IMG/VR virus record: IMGVR_UViG_3300017998_000006 | Strand: one strand, 5' to 3' | From: a virus | Length of the DNA stretch: 38,335 nucleotides | Part shown: positions 35,634-38,335 of the stretch, piece after piece | How the letters are laid out: the number at the start of each line of letters is the position of its first letter | How positions within the stretch are numbered: the stretch's first letter is position 1 | Position numbers and translations under genes: made by a program | The notes under the pieces: generated by a model | Told to the model about the DNA's origin: nothing | The model's database searches: none | What the model saw: the letters and a program-made list of their open reading frames with translations, nothing else

Positions 35634-36734
35634 ATGAAAACAGTCATCAGCGGGGCTCTCCTAGCGGTTTCTCTCGCAATGACGGCAGACTGGTTGTGCG
35701 CTCAGGACCCCGTTCTCCGGCAGCCCAGCCCAAGCATCGCAACCGATACCGCCTCTCTCGGGCCAGAACTGACCACTAGCGGGAGTTGCAACGGAACAGG
35801 CTGGACAGGGACTTACCCGAATTACATTGCGCCAGGCACCTCCGCCGCGTTGACTTGCACCGGCTTTGCGAGTGGCCAGTTTTACCAGACGGTGACTTCC
35901 ATTGGGGCCGGTGGCTCTGGGGGCGTTACCGTCGCAATCGGAACTGCCCAAACCGTTTACGAAACAAGTGGAATCGTCACGGCGGGCCTGAAGGCCAATG
36001 GCACGGCATTGACGTACACGCCAGATTCTACCTACACGGGGACGATTGGAATAAGTGCAAAGCTAATAACGCCGATTTCAACCTTTTCTTACGTCGGACG
36101 GGATTCGACGAACGCTGTCTCTACCCAGTTTCTCCGGCAGACACTTGCATCGTTGGTGAACGACTTCGGAGACGACAGCGGGGCTTACTGTACGACTTGC
36201 AGCTACAACTCGAACAGCGGCGCTCAGGGACTGTTCAGTATCACCACGGGCAGCGCTAACACGAACAGCGGCTTTCAAGGGATGGCCAGTCTCACCACGG
36301 GTAACGCTAACACAAATAGTGGCCTTCAAGGGATGTTGAGCCTCACCACGGGAATCCTCAACACGAACAGCGGCTATCAAGGGATGGCCGGTCTCACCAC
36401 GGGAAGCTTCAACAGTGCTCTGGGCTATCAGGCTGGTCGATACGTCACGGGAGGTTCTGTCGCAAACCAAACCAGTTCGTACTCTCTGTATTTAGGCATA
36501 AACACCATGGCTAAAACAGACGGGGACACGAATGAGCTTGTGCTGGGATACAACGCAACCGGGGCAGGATCAAACACCGCCGTAATTGGCAATGGATCGG
36601 TTACGGACGTGTATTTCGGGAGCGCCACGCCGGCGGCCACGCTTCATTCGTCGAGCATCGCCTTGACTGGAGCCTCTTTCACCTTGAACGGTAAAACATG
36701 CACCATCGTAGGCACGGCAATTTCTTGTATCTAG
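35634..36734 (+). CDS. Secreted fibre/adhesin-like protein with YadA-head-like (Hep_Hag-type) repeats
   Basis: MKTVISGALLAVSLAMTADWLCAQDP; NSGAQGLFSITTGSANT / NSGFQGMASLTTGNANT / NSGLQGMLSLTTGILNT / NSGYQGMAGLTTGSFNS / ALGYQAG..; later SNTAVIGNGS. Confidence 0.65.
   Translation: MKTVISGALLAVSLAMTADWLCAQDPVLRQPSPSIATDTASLGPELTTSGSCNGTGWTGTYPNYIAPGTSAALTCTGFASGQFYQTVTSIGAGGSGGVTVAIGTAQTVYETSGIVTAGLKANGTALTYTPDSTYTGTIGISAKLITPISTFSYVGRDSTNAVSTQFLRQTLASLVNDFGDDSGAYCTTCSYNSNSGAQGLFSITTGSANTNSGFQGMASLTTGNANTNSGLQGMLSLTTGILNTNSGYQGMAGLTTGSFNSALGYQAGRYVTGGSVANQTSSYSLYLGINTMAKTDGDTNELVLGYNATGAGSNTAVIGNGSVTDVYFGSATPAATLHSSSIALTGASFTLNGKTCTIVGTAISCI
36213..36416 (+). repeat. 4 x 51-nt tandem coding repeat (17-aa units)
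   Basis: aacagcggcNNtcaRggRatg...ctcaccacgggNa..c..aacac units start at 36213, 36264, 36315 and 36366. Confidence 0.9.
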
Positions 36735-36743
36735 GAGATTTTA

Positions 36744-36983
36744 ATGGGCAAAACACCAATTCTCGTGTTCGTCGGACTAATGCTCTTCGCAGTAGAGCCG
36801 AAACCGAAGCCTCCAACAGTTGAGGAATTGCAGACTCAGGTGACGCAACTCCAAGCGCAGATCTCGCAGAAGAACCAGCAGATAGCGGCGATGCAGGCCA
36901 ATATCGTAGCGAGCCAAAAGATGTTTGGCGCGTGCTTCCAAAGTCTGGCAGAAGCGGAACAGCGTGCCGCAGAAAGAAAATAA
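36744..36983 (+). CDS. Small anchored/secreted coiled-coil protein
   Basis: AGGAGA 7 nt before ATG; MGKTPILVFVGLMLFAV; LQTQVTQLQAQISQKNQQIAAMQ. Confidence 0.6.
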   Translation: MGKTPILVFVGLMLFAVEPKPKPPTVEELQTQVTQLQAQISQKNQQIAAMQANIVASQKMFGACFQSLAEAEQRAAERK

Positions 36984-38335
36984 TGAAACGCGTTCTCCCC
37001 CTGGTTTATCTCGCAGTGGCCGCAGGATGGTTATGTGCTCAGAATCCCGTAGTTCGGAGCAACATCGGGGCACATCTGGCGTGTCCAGCAGCTTCCAGTT
37101 CAGGTACCACTTACACCTGTGCCACTTCTCCGACCTTCACCCCAGCCGCAAACGACTGCGTTCTGCTGGTGGCGGATGTCGCCAGTGGCGCATCGCCCAC
37201 CCTGGCAGTCAACGGCGCTGCGGCTCTCGGAATCACGAAGCAGCAGAACGGCGCGGCGCTTGTGGCCAACGATCTGTTAGCCAACGGTCGAGTTCTGGTC
37301 TGCATGGATGCCGCTTCGCATTGGCAGATGCAGGGACAAACCGGAAACGCGGCGAGTGGCGGAGTTACTAGCATCAATGGCCTTACTGGGGCCGTGGCGC
37401 AACAGCAGATCACAGACATCTTCTCATCGAGCAAACCCGCAGGTGTCATGGGTACGTATTACGGCAGTCAGACTCTAGGCGCAGGCGCGACGGGAACTCT
37501 ACTCGCTACTGTAACCGGATCTGGATATGTGAGCGAGATATTTGTCGCGGTGAACCAAAGCCCCATCGCAATCACCGTCACAGTGGATGGAGAAGCCACT
37601 CCGTCAATTTCCGCATATAGCGTTCAGACGTTCTTAGGAGATGGGCTGTGTGACATAAGCCCATCTTGGGGAGGAAAGTGGATACGTGGCGGAAATAACG
37701 GAGCCAACAACTGCGGCGGGCTGTTCCGCATCCCAATCCCATTCTCTTCGTCGATTCTCATCCAGGCCAAGAATAATTCCGCCAACACTGTTGGCATCGC
37801 AAGCTATGTGGTGTATCACACCGGGATCACCGACAACTGGATATATACGCAAAGGCTTTACAACTCCGAAGCTTACGTTGCAGGGATGGCCGAGGACACA
37901 GAGGGGACTATTCTGGATGTGACCCCCAACAAGCGTGGCCGGTTGGTGGGAGTCGGCTGGATTTACGATGGGGCTCCCGGCGGCGCTAGCCCATCGACAG
38001 GACCGCTAGAAGGCCCATTCAAGATCTATATTGATGGATCTGGAACCGCAGCTTACAGAACTTCAGGGAGCGAAGATTTCTTTGGAATGCCCTGGTACTT
38101 CCAGCATCTTAATAACTTTGGCTCGGGATACAATACCACCCTTGCCCCTTCGTCGGAAGATATCGCACTGACGTTTGATGCGCCACCCACCTTCGGTGCA
38201 CAGCGCTTTTTTATACAAGATCCAATTGTTTTTAATACGGGGATTAAAATGACTTGGACATGCGGCGTTACTGCGCGCGTGAGCTTCTCTGGCACCTGTC
38301 TGCTGTTCGCGCAAGCATGGTACTACACTGAGAAC
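36983..38335 (+). CDS. Secreted protein with C-terminal DUF2961/GH172-like beta-jelly-roll domain (spans the circular junction; stop at 124..126)
   Basis: MKRVLPLVYLAVAAGWLCAQNP; ITVTVDGEATPS, FRIPIPFSSSILIQAKNNS, GRLVGVGW..LEGPFKIYIDGSG..TSGSEDFFG, QRFFIQDPIVFNTGIKMTW, AQAWYY follow the DUF2961 motif order as I recall it. Confidence 0.65.
   Translation, partial: MKRVLPLVYLAVAAGWLCAQNPVVRSNIGAHLACPAASSSGTTYTCATSPTFTPAANDCVLLVADVASGASPTLAVNGAAALGITKQQNGAALVANDLLANGRVLVCMDAASHWQMQGQTGNAASGGVTSINGLTGAVAQQQITDIFSSSKPAGVMGTYYGSQTLGAGATGTLLATVTGSGYVSEIFVAVNQSPIAITVTVDGEATPSISAYSVQTFLGDGLCDISPSWGGKWIRGGNNGANNCGGLFRIPIPFSSSILIQAKNNSANTVGIASYVVYHTGITDNWIYTQRLYNSEAYVAGMAEDTEGTILDVTPNKRGRLVGVGWIYDGAPGGASPSTGPLEGPFKIYIDGSGTAAYRTSGSEDFFGMPWYFQHLNNFGSGYNTTLAPSSEDIALTFDAPPTFGAQRFFIQDPIVFNTGIKMTWTCGVTARVSFSGTCLLFAQAWYYTEN
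38213..38335. repeat. Terminal direct repeat, copy 2 (identical to 1..123)
   Basis: See 1..123. Confidence 0.97.

Noticed and set aside
36213-36416. CRISPR-like regular repeats (also 17157..17231 and 17445..17504)
   Set aside because: The units are contiguous, with no spacers, in frame, and inside ORFs. They are protein-coding tandem repeats.

Overview
This window is a complete, closed, GC-rich viral (phage-like) genome of about 38.2 kb. Nt 1..123 are identical to 38213..38335, and one gene (36983..38335, stop at 124..126) runs through the junction. Layout: (i) A 19.5-kb minus-strand late block (20162 down to 677) is almost gap-free and largely ATGA/TAATG-coupled. It encodes a transglutaminase-like protease-domain protein, eight C-terminally anchored membrane proteins, an HNH-fusion protein and a two-domain glycosyltransferase. 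It also encodes an Arg-rich basic protein, a small (238 aa) capsid-like protein followed by a 12-bp hairpin, and five coupled genes carrying seven copies of one beta-strand module. It ends with a membrane-anchored lytic transglycosylase and a SleB-type hydrolase/holin-like lysis cassette. (ii) A plus-strand early block (20301..24755) has four leading proteins that end in the same VVDLTGE-type tail, plus an FkbM-type methyltransferase. (iii) A minus-strand island (27921 down to 24867) holds two paralogous winged-helix initiator-like proteins and three tiny basic ORFs. It contains a ~420-nt non-coding AT-richer region (26980..27402) and ends at back-to-back promoters (27928..28004). (iv) A plus-strand run of small genes (28012..33774) includes an HNH-like protein, several zinc-ribbon proteins and a GIY-YIG/NUMOD3 homing endonuclease. 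(v) A six-gene plus-strand cassette of Sec-signal-peptide proteins runs from 33806 through the junction to 670. It includes a YadA-head-like repeat protein and a DUF2961/GH172-like protein. I saw no rRNA, tRNA or CRISPR. I could not recognise a terminase, portal, HK97-type capsid, tail, integrase, polymerase or any Walker-A NTPase. Together with the membrane-protein load and the jelly-roll-like modules, this suggests a non-tailed, membrane-containing virus of an undescribed lineage; that is inference only. Most products are hypothetical, and all functional calls rest on motifs read by eye without database searches.
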